Below, in pieces: positions 40,365 through 50,582 of a DNA stretch of 64,000 bases. The stretch is from an uncultured delta proteobacterium. GTDB lineage: Bacteria; Desulfobacterota; Syntrophia; Syntrophales; UBA2185. Position 1 is the first letter of the stretch. Each line of letters begins with the position of its first letter. The DNA lies in contig CAVSPA010000006.1 of the NCBI GenBank assembly GCA_963729715.1, forward strand, positions 320,001 to 384,000, read 5' to 3'. A model generated the notes under the pieces. That model saw nothing but the letters and a program-made list of their open reading frames with translations. It was not told the origin of the DNA and did not search any database. The translations under genes were made by a program, and so were the position numbers.

Positions 40365-42461
40365 TCAATTCAAGACAATCGTGGCATCAACGGCAATCAG
40401 GGTTCCATCTTCGCGGACAATAAGAGGATTTACATCAATTTCGTGAATCCGCGGATAATGAAGGCCGATGTCGCCCACGGCGACGAGTATCGCTGCGAGT
40501 TCTTCCCTGTTAACAGGCGGTTCTCCCCTAAAGCCGGCGAATATCTTCTGTCCTCGCAAGCGCCCGATTAGCGCCAGAGCATCCTCCATGGTCAGCGGAG
40601 CTGGAGCGAAGACCGCATCACTCAATATCTCTGCCATTATACCTCCCAGCCCGAGCATGACACAGGGGCCGAAATGGAAATCCCTGACGAGTCCAACGAT
40701 GATCTCGATTTTTCCCTTAACCTGCTTATAGGCAAGGACCTGACCCGACGGGTCCATCTTCTTCTTTAGGGAATTGAAAACCTGAAGGGCAGCCCCCGGC
40801 GCTGCTATATTTAAATGCACCAAACCGAGTTCGGTCTTATGTACCTTTCCCTTTTGCAGGCCCTTCATGACAAGCGGAAAGCCGAGCCTGTCTGCGGCTT
40901 TCTTGCACTCCGCTACGTCTGAAATTATTTCCTCTTCTACAGTGGGAATTCCATGAAGCCTGAGAATAGTCTTGGAGGCATACTCGTCCAAAGGCCCAAC
41001 TGCTTCTTTTAGGACATCACAGCGCTCGTCGGGGATGCGGATAGTCTTCTCTTTTTCCGGAAGTTGTCGAGAAATCTCTGATGATCTCCGCTGATGGAAA
41101 ACAGCAGCCAGGCATTCCACGGCGCGGGATATTTCCTGGAATACAGGAATGCCAGAGGAGATAGCCTCTGCCTTAAAACGAAGGGCCTCTTCTTGTCTTC
41201 CAAGGAGCCATACGAACACAGGCTTGCCGGCCGCACGCGCCTGCTCGGCAATCTCCGTGACATTGATTCTCAACTGAAAATGTCCCGCAAAGGCGTGGAG
41301 GAAAACTGCATCGACTGCCGGATCTCCGAGTACTGCCGCAAGGGCCGTGCTGTATACATCGACGTTCGTTTCGCCCTGCTTTTCTATGGCCGGCCACAAG
41401 TCGACAGGATTCCCGACAGGCATCCAGTTGGGGAAAAGAAGCCCCAAGGCGTCTTTGGTTTCAGTGGAAAGCTCTGCTACGATCAGGTTATGCTCTTCAA
41501 TGAAGTCAGAGGCGACAATGCCGGAACCCCCACTGAACGTGAGAACAGCAATGCGACCATATCGGCCGGCCGGCCGCGGTCTTGCAGCGAGTGAACGGCA
41601 GATGTCCATCATCTGATGAAAATCTCCCGCTTCAGTCACTCCGGCCTGGGCCAAGGCGCCTGAAATGATCTTATGATTTCCGGCCATGGATGCCGTGTGG
41701 CTCATTGCCGCTTCGGCCCCTTTCCTGCTCTTCCCCCCGTGAAGGACGACAATGGGTTTTGTACTTCTCCTGCACAGTTCCATAAAGCGCCTGCCGTCGG
41801 AAAAAGACTCCAGGTAATGGCCGATGACTTCAGTATTAGTATCTTGAATCAGGTAAGACAGCAGGTCGCACTCGTTCACGTCTATCTTATTTCCTATGGA
41901 GCATACTTTACTGATGCCCATCACGCGGTGACTCATTACATCAACGAGAAAGCCGGCGGACAGCAATCCACTCTGTACCACAAGTGATACGTTTCCGGGG
42001 ATGAGGAGTCCCTGCTGCAATGAGCGTGGATCCATAAAGGAAAAAAGAAAGCCTCCGACGGCATCGACGAGACCCATGCAATTGGGCCCCCAGAGGCGGA
42101 TACCGGTTATCTTTGCTATATCCATCAGCGACTGCTGCAGCAAGCGTCCTTCCTGACCGGTTTCAGCGAACCCGCCGGATTCGATCATTACCCCCCTGAC
42201 GCCTTTCGCGGCACAATCCTCTATTACTGCCGGTACGAGTCTTGCCGGCACAAACACGATGGCCAAATCAACATGACCGGGGACGTCGTGTACGGATGGG
42301 TAACAGGCAATACCCTCAATTGCCTTATAGCTAGGATTGACAGGATAAATATTTCCCTTATAGCTCATGAGGAGATTCTTGAAGATAGCATACCCGCCTT
42401 TAAGAGTATTCGGCGTTGCACCGACAAGAGCGACGCCGTCCGGGTTAAAAAAGAAATTCAT
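40365..42461 (-). CDS. Acetate/acyl--CoA ligase (ADP-forming), fused alpha-beta subunits
   Basis: YPVNP, GGFAE, GPNCMG, GNK.D, SHTAS (phospho-His), NPVD, HKTE, EID.NP ATP-grasp. Confidence 0.9.
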   Translation of the reverse strand: MNFFFNPDGVALVGATPNTLKGGYAIFKNLLMSYKGNIYPVNPSYKAIEGIACYPSVHDVPGHVDLAIVFVPARLVPAVIEDCAAKGVRGVMIESGGFAETGQEGRLLQQSLMDIAKITGIRLWGPNCMGLVDAVGGFLFSFMDPRSLQQGLLIPGNVSLVVQSGLLSAGFLVDVMSHRVMGISKVCSIGNKIDVNECDLLSYLIQDTNTEVIGHYLESFSDGRRFMELCRRSTKPIVVLHGGKSRKGAEAAMSHTASMAGNHKIISGALAQAGVTEAGDFHQMMDICRSLAARPRPAGRYGRIAVLTFSGGSGIVASDFIEEHNLIVAELSTETKDALGLLFPNWMPVGNPVDLWPAIEKQGETNVDVYSTALAAVLGDPAVDAVFLHAFAGHFQLRINVTEIAEQARAAGKPVFVWLLGRQEEALRFKAEAISSGIPVFQEISRAVECLAAVFHQRRSSEISRQLPEKEKTIRIPDERCDVLKEAVGPLDEYASKTILRLHGIPTVEEEIISDVAECKKAADRLGFPLVMKGLQKGKVHKTELGLVHLNIAAPGAALQVFNSLKKKMDPSGQVLAYKQVKGKIEIIVGLVRDFHFGPCVMLGLGGIMAEILSDAVFAPAPLTMEDALALIGRLRGQKIFAGFRGEPPVNREELAAILVAVGDIGLHYPRIHEIDVNPLIVREDGTLIAVDATIVLN

Positions 42462-42481
42462 GGAAGCTCCTCATGAGAAAA

Positions 42482-42946
42482 TTATGGTTTGTTGACCGTA
42501 ACGTCGAGATACTTCTTTCCCCACGCCTTGCAATCTTTTTCATCAGAGAAAAAAATGTCGATGTGGTCTCCTTTGATGGCAGTACCTGTATCGTGCACCT
42601 CTCCCCAACCGTAACCAGGCACATACATCTTCGTACCGTAAGGATACCTACTGATGTCCGCTGCGATTGTCCCTTTTTTTGCCTTGGTTCCGTCAGAGGT
42701 GATACCCACCTTCTTTCTCTCTCCCTCGTGCGGTCCGTACGCATAAACCGGCGGCATCAGGAAACAGCCGTATTTGTTTTTCCAGCCCGTCGATTTCCTG
42801 CCGGCGTCATAGGCGGTCACCAGCATCTTGCGCGTTTCCGTCTTGCCATATTCACGGGGAATGGTGGCGCATCCGGAGACAAGCATGATGCATAGAATAG
42901 AAAAGCTAAGCGCAAGTAAAAAGACTCTTTGCAAATGTGGCATCAT
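42482..42946 (-). CDS. 3D-domain lipoprotein (peptidoglycan lytic/binding)
   Basis: Lipobox VSGC; VTAY, IAAD...P.GT, DTG.AIKG.HIDIF. Confidence 0.85.
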   Translation of the reverse strand: MMPHLQRVFLLALSFSILCIMLVSGCATIPREYGKTETRKMLVTAYDAGRKSTGWKNKYGCFLMPPVYAYGPHEGERKKVGITSDGTKAKKGTIAADISRYPYGTKMYVPGYGWGEVHDTGTAIKGDHIDIFFSDEKDCKAWGKKYLDVTVNKP

Positions 42947-43164
42947 GATTCTCTGAAATCTTTATGAAGTATGCGAGGAAAGCTACCATAACGACGGCCT
43001 CTATTTCAAGGCAAGTTTGAACTCAGTAGATTTCTCGCATGTCAATTGTCTGAAAACCGCTCGTCACGCCGTCGGGGCAGTTTTGACTGTTCTGACTATT
43101 ATTTGAGCGGACAAAATTGTCTGTGGTTATCCTGGATGAGTATGTTCATTAGATTTTCAAGCAT

Positions 43165-45147
43165 CTATATATCGACACGGATTGGCAATATGACGGCCGT
43201 GATGCCCTGCCACTGCAACCGCCGCTGAATTGCAAAAGCGGTTTCATTGTGGAGCACCTTCTGGAAAGGATTTTCTTCACGAAAGATCAGTTTCCCGGTG
43301 AAGACCGTCGCCCTCGGAAATTCCTTCACGAGAGTCTCGCACAGCTCCGTAGCAGTATCAGCTACGTCGGTTCCTATCCCCATTCTGTAGTCAGCAGGGA
43401 ATCCGTAGGAACGGACAAGACGGACGTATTTTGTCAGATCACCCTCTACGGATTTTTTTAAGGCATCCATTTCCGCTATGCCTTTGAATGAGCCGGAATC
43501 GATTTCTCCGACAGAGACAAAAATAAAATTCTTGTAGAGTTTGGGAAATTCACGGACGACGGAAAGCCACACATGAAGACCGAATCCGCTGTAACCCCTT
43601 ACGAGGAGTATTGCCGTGGCCTCCTTTTGATCCAGCGGCTCATTGTTAGGCTGACTGCCTTTAGGAAGTTCAGACAGAATCTCCTCGAGTTGGCGAACGC
43701 CCCTGCGGACTTTCATGTAGTGCCTACGGATCAAGTAGCACAACACGATAACCCCAGAGGTGATTACGAGGGTCAGCCAGCCGCCCTCTTCAAATTTAAT
43801 AACTACAGTAATGATGAGGATTGTGAGACAGAGGATCAAGCCCACCACATGCACAGCAATATGTCTTTTCCATGCCTTATCCTTCTCCCTGTTGCGGAAG
43901 AAAAAAGTCGCCATTCCGAACTGTGACAGTGTAAAGGTAAGAAACACGTTGATGGAGTACATTACAACGAGTGCGGAAACGGAACCGTTCGTGTACAGTA
44001 AGAGCAGAAAGGCTGCACCGCCCATCAGAAGAACGCCGTCCTGCATGGAGAGACGCTCCGATAGCGATGCAAAGCGACGAGGCAGCCAGGAATCGATGGC
44101 CATGTTTGCCATAACACTTGGTCCCCCTGCGAATCCTGACTGAGCGCCAACCATGAGCAGGGCCCCTTCGGAGAGAATCGTTATCAGCGCGATCGTTCCG
44201 CCGAGCGGCCAATTACCAAAGGTGAGATCGGCAAGTACGGCGTTCAACGTTCTGCCCTCAGCAGGCACTATTCGGTAAAGCGAATAGCAGAACAAAAGGC
44301 CTGCTGCCGTAATTGCAAGGGATGTGGCCAGGTATGCCATCGTGCGCTTGCCTGTCTGAACTTTCGGCTCACGCATCATCTGCATGGCGTTAGAAACCGC
44401 TTCGATCCCCGTATAGGTACCTCCCCCGAGAGAAAAGGCCCTGAGAAAGATGGCCAGCATGCTCACATAGCCTATGGCGGAGATATCATATCTGAAATTC
44501 GCCTCGAAAGTCCGTGCAACCGGTCCAACCTGATTGGCGTGGCTCAGGATGCCATAACCGATCAACAGAATGTGGGTTACTACAAATGTCATGAATATCG
44601 GTGCGAGGGCTGTTACGGACTCCTTCACCCCTCTTAAGTTCATGACAACAAGGAGGAGGATTAAGAACACCACGAAGATCAACTTGTATTTAAGAAATGT
44701 GACAGGTAAATAGCTGAATAGGGCATCGCCACAGGAAGCAAGAGATACGGTGATGGTCAGTACGTAATCGACGAGAAGGGCGCAACCGGATATTACCCCC
44801 GCGTTCTTACCAATCGTATGGGTGGAGACGATGTATCCGCCGCCTCCATGGGGGAAATGCTCGATGATACGTGAATAGGCGTAGGAGATGATGAAAACCG
44901 TCAATGCCGTAGCCAAGGCGAGGAATACGGCAAGGTAGGTGTGGGGACCCAGCGCCTTGAACGCCTCTTCCGGACCATACGAAGAAGAAGAAAGGCCGTC
45001 GGCTCCCAGACCGATCCATGCCAGGACGGGGATGAGAGATATCCTGTGAAATATTGAAGGCTCGTAGATATCTCGGGGCGGCCCTATCAATCCACGCCGC
45101 AACTTCCGAGCAAATTTTGTTTTATGCCCCGACTCGTCAGAGTTCAT
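43165..45147 (-). CDS. APC-superfamily permease, KimA/YdaO-like K+ transporter
   Basis: DGLSSSSYGPEE, GGGGY, LL.DYVLT, TGIEAVSN, KF.EGGW, LHN.TA tail. Confidence 0.8.
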   Translation of the reverse strand: MNSDESGHKTKFARKLRRGLIGPPRDIYEPSIFHRISLIPVLAWIGLGADGLSSSSYGPEEAFKALGPHTYLAVFLALATALTVFIISYAYSRIIEHFPHGGGGYIVSTHTIGKNAGVISGCALLVDYVLTITVSLASCGDALFSYLPVTFLKYKLIFVVFLILLLVVMNLRGVKESVTALAPIFMTFVVTHILLIGYGILSHANQVGPVARTFEANFRYDISAIGYVSMLAIFLRAFSLGGGTYTGIEAVSNAMQMMREPKVQTGKRTMAYLATSLAITAAGLLFCYSLYRIVPAEGRTLNAVLADLTFGNWPLGGTIALITILSEGALLMVGAQSGFAGGPSVMANMAIDSWLPRRFASLSERLSMQDGVLLMGGAAFLLLLYTNGSVSALVVMYSINVFLTFTLSQFGMATFFFRNREKDKAWKRHIAVHVVGLILCLTILIITVVIKFEEGGWLTLVITSGVIVLCYLIRRHYMKVRRGVRQLEEILSELPKGSQPNNEPLDQKEATAILLVRGYSGFGLHVWLSVVREFPKLYKNFIFVSVGEIDSGSFKGIAEMDALKKSVEGDLTKYVRLVRSYGFPADYRMGIGTDVADTATELCETLVKEFPRATVFTGKLIFREENPFQKVLHNETAFAIQRRLQWQGITAVILPIRVDI

Positions 45148-45210
45148 AGAGTCTTATTTGTGCCGTAGATTTATTACCCGGATATTACTTTTGGAATATG
45201 GTAAGATTAG

Positions 45211-45558
45211 TCAGGTAATCGGGTTCTCCACATGAATACCCTTACCGACCTGACCACAGAGAAAGCCGCGCTTCCCGTTAAGATGCGTACCCTGATCATC
45301 ATAGATCCTGATGGAAAAATCCTCGGTGAGAATCTTCAAGTGGAGTGATCTGCCGTCCGCGATTGTTATCTGTATGGGTTTGCAATTCGTGGGGAGATTG
45401 TCGGTGTCAGTGTCCTTGAAGGAAAGTTCATGTTTGCCGGGTTCGATTTTCAACGAAGTGGATTGTAATGAAAATACCTCTCCACCCTCGTGTCCATCGA
45501 GAATAATAATATAAGTGAAATGTCTACTGAGGTTTGTAATAGTTAATTCGGCACTCAT
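45211..45558 (-). CDS. Hypothetical protein (beta-rich, PEGA-like segment)
   Basis: 115-aa ORF directly after a consensus promoter; I.LDG...IEPGKHEL pattern. Confidence 0.65.
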   Translation of the reverse strand: MSAELTITNLSRHFTYIIILDGHEGGEVFSLQSTSLKIEPGKHELSFKDTDTDNLPTNCKPIQITIADGRSLHLKILTEDFSIRIYDDQGTHLNGKRGFLCGQVGKGIHVENPIT

Positions 45559-45566
45559 TATTTTAT

Positions 45567-45595
45567 ATTATAAAATGGGCCAGAGACGGTGTCAA
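45567..45595 (-). promoter_or_regulatory. Perfect-consensus sigma70 promoter
   Basis: Minus strand TTGACA(45595-45590)-N17-TATAAT(45572-45567), 8 nt before ATG 45558. Confidence 0.85.
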
Positions 45596-45700
45596 ATGAA
45601 AATAATGACGCGAATCCGGGTTGTCTTTTGTTGCATAGATTCACGTATACAATGCGCGTCAACCTCAACAGAAGTATTGCATATTACGGAGGGTGAATTT

Positions 45701-45988
45701 ATGAAGAAGACATTACCGTTAATTATTGTCTTGCTGTTTATATACGGTGAAGCACGCTCCTCATCCTCAGAGAGTTTACGATGCGGCAGTGGACTTGCCG
45801 CGGTAGGGGACACAAAGGTTGAGGTGATAACGAAATGCGGTAAGCCATCTTTTGGAGAAAGGACGTCGTCAAGAAGGTGTGGAATTGAGAAATCGTATTA
45901 TGATAGGGGTTCGGGCGATTTCGTTTACGTTCTGATCTTTCACGGGGGCATATTGAAATATGTGGAACAGGCTGGTCGCGGCAAGTGA
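45701..45988 (+). CDS. DUF2845-like secreted small protein
   Basis: SD GGAGG, signal peptide, SLRCG...VGD.K.EV..KCG.P. Confidence 0.7.
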   Translation: MKKTLPLIIVLLFIYGEARSSSSESLRCGSGLAAVGDTKVEVITKCGKPSFGERTSSRRCGIEKSYYDRGSGDFVYVLIFHGGILKYVEQAGRGK

Positions 45989-46138
45989 ATCGTCAATGAC
46001 TTACGGATGTCCAACTCATTCTCGCTTTGGGACCTTATCGATCGGGGAGCCTTCAGGATCCCATCTGGTATGAACTTGCTGTCAAAGAGGTTTATGGTTC
46101 TTTATCAGTTGCCAGTGCGATCTCATACATAAAATTCA

Positions 46139-46507
46139 TTATTCGGAAAGCACAAGCTGCAGCATTTTGAGTAGCTCTTCGGCCTTGAAAGGCTTGGCAA
46201 GAAAGTATTGGCCGCCTATCTTGTGGCTCTTCGGGACCTCGCTTGCCTTAACTGCGCCGGTAAGAAAAATAACAGGAATGTTAGATGTATTGGGGTCGTC
46301 TTTCATTTCATGTGCAACACTTGACCCATCCATGTCCGGCATCATCAGATCCAGTATGACTGCGTCAGGTCTTATCAGCTTGCATTTGCTCAGTCCTTCT
46401 TCTCCTGTATGCGCAGTGTACACCTCATATCCATTTGCTGTGAGCCGCAATTCCACTATTTTAACTATGTCACGATCATCATCGACAACAAGAATTATCT
46501 TTCCCAC
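46139..46507 (-). CDS. Single-domain response regulator (receiver only)
   Basis: LVVDDD, LDLMMP.MDG, FLT, KPF; GTG start after GAGGAGG. Confidence 0.9.
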   Translation of the reverse strand: MGKIILVVDDDRDIVKIVELRLTANGYEVYTAHTGEEGLSKCKLIRPDAVILDLMMPDMDGSSVAHEMKDDPNTSNIPVIFLTGAVKASEVPKSHKIGGQYFLAKPFKAEELLKMLQLVLSE

Positions 46508-46574
46508 TGTGCCTCCTCCTCAATGTTAGACATAGACAGCAGATAGCTTTTATTGGAATCCCGGACTTTATTTC

Positions 46575-46874
46575 TTAATCCTTCTTTTTTGATTCTTCTT
46601 TCATTCTGTCGAGTTCTTCCTTATACTTTTCGGCTTGGGCTCTCACCATTTCGATTTCTTCCCTTGCCTTTGCCAGACTTTCTTCCTGTTTTTGCCTTTC
46701 TTCTCTCAACTTGTCCTGAATTTCATCGAGACCGATATAAACGGCAAGTATACCGCCAAGTACAATAATGATGGGGATTCCGCCCTTCAGAATTATGACA
46801 AAATCACTCCACCAGAATATGAGACCTAAGAGTCCGATAATTACCGAAACTACACCGCCAATTAGCAATGACAT
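46575..46874 (-). CDS. Small 2-TM membrane protein with C-terminal coiled coil
   Basis: SD AGGAGGT before ATG 46874; two hydrophobic helices, then a charged helical tail. Confidence 0.8.
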   Translation of the reverse strand: MSLLIGGVVSVIIGLLGLIFWWSDFVIILKGGIPIIIVLGGILAVYIGLDEIQDKLREERQKQEESLAKAREEIEMVRAQAEKYKEELDRMKEESKKKD

Positions 46875-47339
46875 GGCCTGACCTCCTATTGTACAATTCA
46901 ACGATAATGTGCCGAGGTTGAAACAATTGCCGTAAGATGCTAATATCTGTAATATATTAAGGTGGAACATAACACAGTATTGAGGTGCAGGCAAGGTGAA
47001 AGTTAACAAATCTCAAAGGAATGTACGATTCAAGGAAGAAGATTCAGGAAAGATGGAAAATATTTCTTGACATTATCATCAAATACTTTTAGCTTTCGCG
47101 GACTATCAAAAACTGTGACGAGCAAATGAAAGAAGAATTCCTGGATCTCCTGATCGAACAGACCCGCTGTAAATACACATATTGATGCCTGCTGTGCGCC
47201 TCGTTGGGCGGGCATGCAGGCCTAATCCGAATCAACCCCAGACAGAATTAGTCCCCATAATTAAAAGCAAGAAAATAATTGTAACGTTTCCTTAATGAGA
47301 GGATTACAATGCAGCGATAAATTTATCGGGAGGTACAAC

Positions 47340-48485
47340 ATGTTAAAAAAAATAATCATCAAATCAATTTGCATTTTCTGCCTTCTTCCTGTCTTTACGG
47401 TAAACTCTTGGTCGCAGGAGCCGATTAAGATCGGCGGACTGTTCGCCGTTACCGGCCCGCCCTCATTTCTCGGTGAACCGGAACGTAATACAGCCAATAT
47501 GGTGGTGGATCAAATCAACAAGACAGGTGGCATCAAGGGGCGGAAGGTGAAACTGGTATTCTACGATACCCAGGGTGATGCCACCAAGGCAGTACAGGCA
47601 GCGACGCGACTCATCAAGGAAGACCGGGTCAGCGCCATTATCGGTCCCAGCACGACGGGCGAGACAATGGCCGTAATTCCTGTTGTCGAAAATGCGGGTA
47701 TTCCGCTGATTTCGTGCGCCGCCGGAATCAAGATTACGGAACCGGTAAAGAAATGGGTCTTTAAGACAGCCCAGAATGATTCCCTGGCAGTGGAGCGTAT
47801 CTACGATCACCTCAGAAAACGGAATCTGCATAATGTTGCCATATTCACAGTGTCCGACGGTTTCGGCGCTTCAGGCAGGGAACAGTTGAAACTTCGTGCC
47901 AAGGATTCCGGTATCACCATAGTAGCCGATGAGATATACGGGCCCAACGATACGGACATGACAGCCCAGTTGGTTAAGATACGCGGCAGCAAGGCGCAGG
48001 CCATTATTTGCTGGGGAACGAATCCTGGACCTGCTAAGGTGGCCAGAAACGCCAGGCAACTCGGGCTTAATCTGCCGCTTTATATGAGCCACGGCGTTTC
48101 CTCGAAAAAATTTATAGAACTGGCCGGAGATGCAGCGGAAGGGATAACCCTCCCGTCGGGACGTGTTATTGTTGCAAATGTGCTTCCGAAATCCGACCAG
48201 CAGAAAAAGTCACTGCTCGCTTTTGTAAACGATTACAAGAATCATTTTAAAGTGGAAGGGGATCATTTCGGTGGTCACGCATGGGATGCCATCATGCTTC
48301 TCAAGGGTGCGATTGAACGTGGAGGCGATTCGCCTGCGGCCATTCGCAATGAACTTGAAAATACACGCAATTTTAAAGGTATCGGCGGTATATTCAACTT
48401 CACTCCCCAAAACCATGCAGGTCTGACAAAGGAAGCCTTTGTTCTTGTGACGATTAAGAACAAGGGGTGGATGCTGGTAAAGTAG
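47340..48485 (+). CDS. Liv-type ABC transporter substrate-binding protein (possibly aromatic acids)
   Basis: SD GGAGG, signal peptide, IKIG...TG....GEPE, IN..GGI.G, YDT. Confidence 0.9.
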   Translation: MLKKIIIKSICIFCLLPVFTVNSWSQEPIKIGGLFAVTGPPSFLGEPERNTANMVVDQINKTGGIKGRKVKLVFYDTQGDATKAVQAATRLIKEDRVSAIIGPSTTGETMAVIPVVENAGIPLISCAAGIKITEPVKKWVFKTAQNDSLAVERIYDHLRKRNLHNVAIFTVSDGFGASGREQLKLRAKDSGITIVADEIYGPNDTDMTAQLVKIRGSKAQAIICWGTNPGPAKVARNARQLGLNLPLYMSHGVSSKKFIELAGDAAEGITLPSGRVIVANVLPKSDQQKKSLLAFVNDYKNHFKVEGDHFGGHAWDAIMLLKGAIERGGDSPAAIRNELENTRNFKGIGGIFNFTPQNHAGLTKEAFVLVTIKNKGWMLVK

Positions 48486-48524
48486 CATTTGGAATCTGGA
48501 AGATCGTCTCCTGTATAAATTACT

Positions 48525-48580
48525 GAGATTGTCATTTCGAGCCCTTCGGTTTACTCAGGGTAAACTCCGCGAGAAATCTC
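48525..48580. repeat. Short palindromic REP/MITE-like element
   Basis: GAGATTGTCATTTCGAGCCCTTCGGTTTACTCAGGGTAAACTCCGCGAGAAATCTC with nested inverted repeats (GAGATT/AATCTC, GTTTAC/GTAAAC); single copy in the window. Confidence 0.5.
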
Positions 48581-48696
48581 GCTGATTGAGGAGATGTACG
48601 GGAGCGGAACTGACGTATTGCCCGGGTATGTAATTTGAGAAGCGATTCACCAGAAGATCATATTAATGTGATTTACCATACATAAGTATTAGTTCT

Positions 48697-49581
48697 ATGG
48701 AACTTATTGAACAGTTGCTGCAATATACTCTGTCCGGACTCTCTACGGGGGCGATTTACGCCCTCATCGGGCTTGGTTTCGCCATCATCTACAATTCCAC
48801 GAGCATAATCAACTTTGCTCAGGGTGAGTTTGTGATGCTGGGCGGAATGCTGACGTTATTTTTCCACATCACTCTCGGGCTTTACCTTCCGCTTGCCGTC
48901 GTCCTTGCAATTATGGTTGCTACGGGAGTGGGCGCGTTATTTGAACTCCTCGCCATCAGCCCCCTCAAGGATGCTGAACCGATCATTCTCGTCATCATCA
49001 CCATAGGTGGAAGCATACTTATCCGTGGAGTTGCCATGCTCCTCTGGGGAAAGGATACGCATGCCCTGCCTATGTTTTCCGGAGATGAGCCGATCATCGT
49101 GATGGGTGCCGCAATAATGCCGCAGAACATTTGGATCTTTGGCGTCACGCTGATAATTATCACGGCGAACAGGCTTTTTTTCCACCACAGCATAAACGGG
49201 AAAGCGATGCGCGCCTGCTCTTTCAACAGGATAGCGTCAAGGCTTGTCGGGATCGATGTCAAGCGCATGAACCTATTCTCCTTCGTCATAAGTTCGGCCA
49301 TGGGGGCCGTAGCGGGAATCATCATCGCACCTCTTACCATGACGTCATATGATGTGGGCGTCATGCTCGGATTGAAGGGATTCTGTGCCGCCATCATCGG
49401 CGGTATGAGCGGCGGCATGGGAACGGTTGCCGGCGGTTTGATCGTAGGCGTTCTGGAGTCTCTCGGGGCGGGCTTAATATCGTCAGGTTATAAGGATGCC
49501 ATTGCCTTTATTATTCTTCTTGTCATCCTGCTGATCAGGCCTCAGGGGTTGTTCGGAAAGGGAGAAGCGGAAAGGGTATGA
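48697..49581 (+). CDS. livH: Branched-chain amino acid-type ABC permease
   Basis: GAIYALIGLG...INFAQG, GKAMRA, RPQGL.G. Confidence 0.9.
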   Translation: MELIEQLLQYTLSGLSTGAIYALIGLGFAIIYNSTSIINFAQGEFVMLGGMLTLFFHITLGLYLPLAVVLAIMVATGVGALFELLAISPLKDAEPIILVIITIGGSILIRGVAMLLWGKDTHALPMFSGDEPIIVMGAAIMPQNIWIFGVTLIIITANRLFFHHSINGKAMRACSFNRIASRLVGIDVKRMNLFSFVISSAMGAVAGIIIAPLTMTSYDVGVMLGLKGFCAAIIGGMSGGMGTVAGGLIVGVLESLGAGLISSGYKDAIAFIILLVILLIRPQGLFGKGEAERV

Positions 49582-49598
49582 AATTATCGGACGAATGA

Positions 49599-50570
49599 AT
49601 GAAACGTGAATTGATGAAATTTCTCTTATTTGCTGCCGCTATCCTCATGGCGCCGATGTTCTTCAAGGGCGGCTATATTGTGAATGTGCTGGTCTTCGTC
49701 GGCATTTACACTATTTTAGCCGTGGCTCTGAACCTGCTATTGGGGCTTGCCGGCCAAATCTCTCTCGGGCAGGCGGCATTTTTTGGACTTGGCGCTTACA
49801 TATCCGGCGTGCTCACGGCAACACATGCCGTGAATCCCTGGATGGCCATGGTTATCGCCGTCATTGCCGTGGGTGTCATAGCCTTTGTACTCGGCTTTCC
49901 CATCCTGAAGCTTAGGGGACATTACCTGGCGATGGCTACGCTCGGCATGGGGATTATCGTTTTCATCATCTTCAACGAAACTGTCGATATAACGGGCGGC
50001 CCTTCAGGACTATCGGGTATACCGAATCTCTCTATCTGCGGCATTGTCTTCAATACCGACATGAAAAATTATTATTTGGTGTGGTCGTTTGCCGTGGCCA
50101 CTATTCTTCTATCCCTCAATCTTTCCGCCTCAAGGATCGGCAGGGCTCTTCGGGCCATTCACGACTCCGAGGTGGCGGCCCGCATCCTCGGAGTGAATGT
50201 CAGACTCTTGAAAGTGCAGATTTTTACCATTTCAGCCATTTTTTCTGCCCTTGCCGGAAGTCTCTATGCCCACACAGTCCAGTTTATCTCGCCTGCATCT
50301 TTCGGGTTCAATGTTTCCATAGAACTCCTTACTATGGTGATTATCGGGGGGCTGGGCAGTATCTACGGCTCTTTTTTGGGTGCTGCTATTCTGACGTTAC
50401 TGCCGGAGCTTTTCAGGACGTTTCAGGATTATGATATTGTCGTTTACGGCATTGTTCTGATAGTAATGACCATGTTCATGCCGGGCGGCCTCGTGCGAAG
50501 CGTGCCGCTTCTGGCTAGATCCCTGTTTGGCAAGATAAGCGCCGGCCGCTCTTCTGAAAAAAGTGTTTAG
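49599..50570 (+). CDS. livM: Branched-chain amino acid-type ABC permease
   Basis: [33 protein letters not shown]. Confidence 0.9.
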   Translation: MKRELMKFLLFAAAILMAPMFFKGGYIVNVLVFVGIYTILAVALNLLLGLAGQISLGQAAFFGLGAYISGVLTATHAVNPWMAMVIAVIAVGVIAFVLGFPILKLRGHYLAMATLGMGIIVFIIFNETVDITGGPSGLSGIPNLSICGIVFNTDMKNYYLVWSFAVATILLSLNLSASRIGRALRAIHDSEVAARILGVNVRLLKVQIFTISAIFSALAGSLYAHTVQFISPASFGFNVSIELLTMVIIGGLGSIYGSFLGAAILTLLPELFRTFQDYDIVVYGIVLIVMTMFMPGGLVRSVPLLARSLFGKISAGRSSEKSV

Positions 50571-50582
50571 AGGAATCGTGAC

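Noticed and set aside
45148..45210. c-di-AMP (ydaO) riboswitch before the KimA-like gene
   Set aside because: Gap is only 63 bp and lacks the motif.
46139..46507. Receiver protein as the missing PhoB
   Set aside because: No DNA-binding domain and 20 kb from phoR.
47030..47215. 61-aa minus-strand ORF in the divergent intergenic region
   Set aside because: No SD or recognisable family; cannot be supported.
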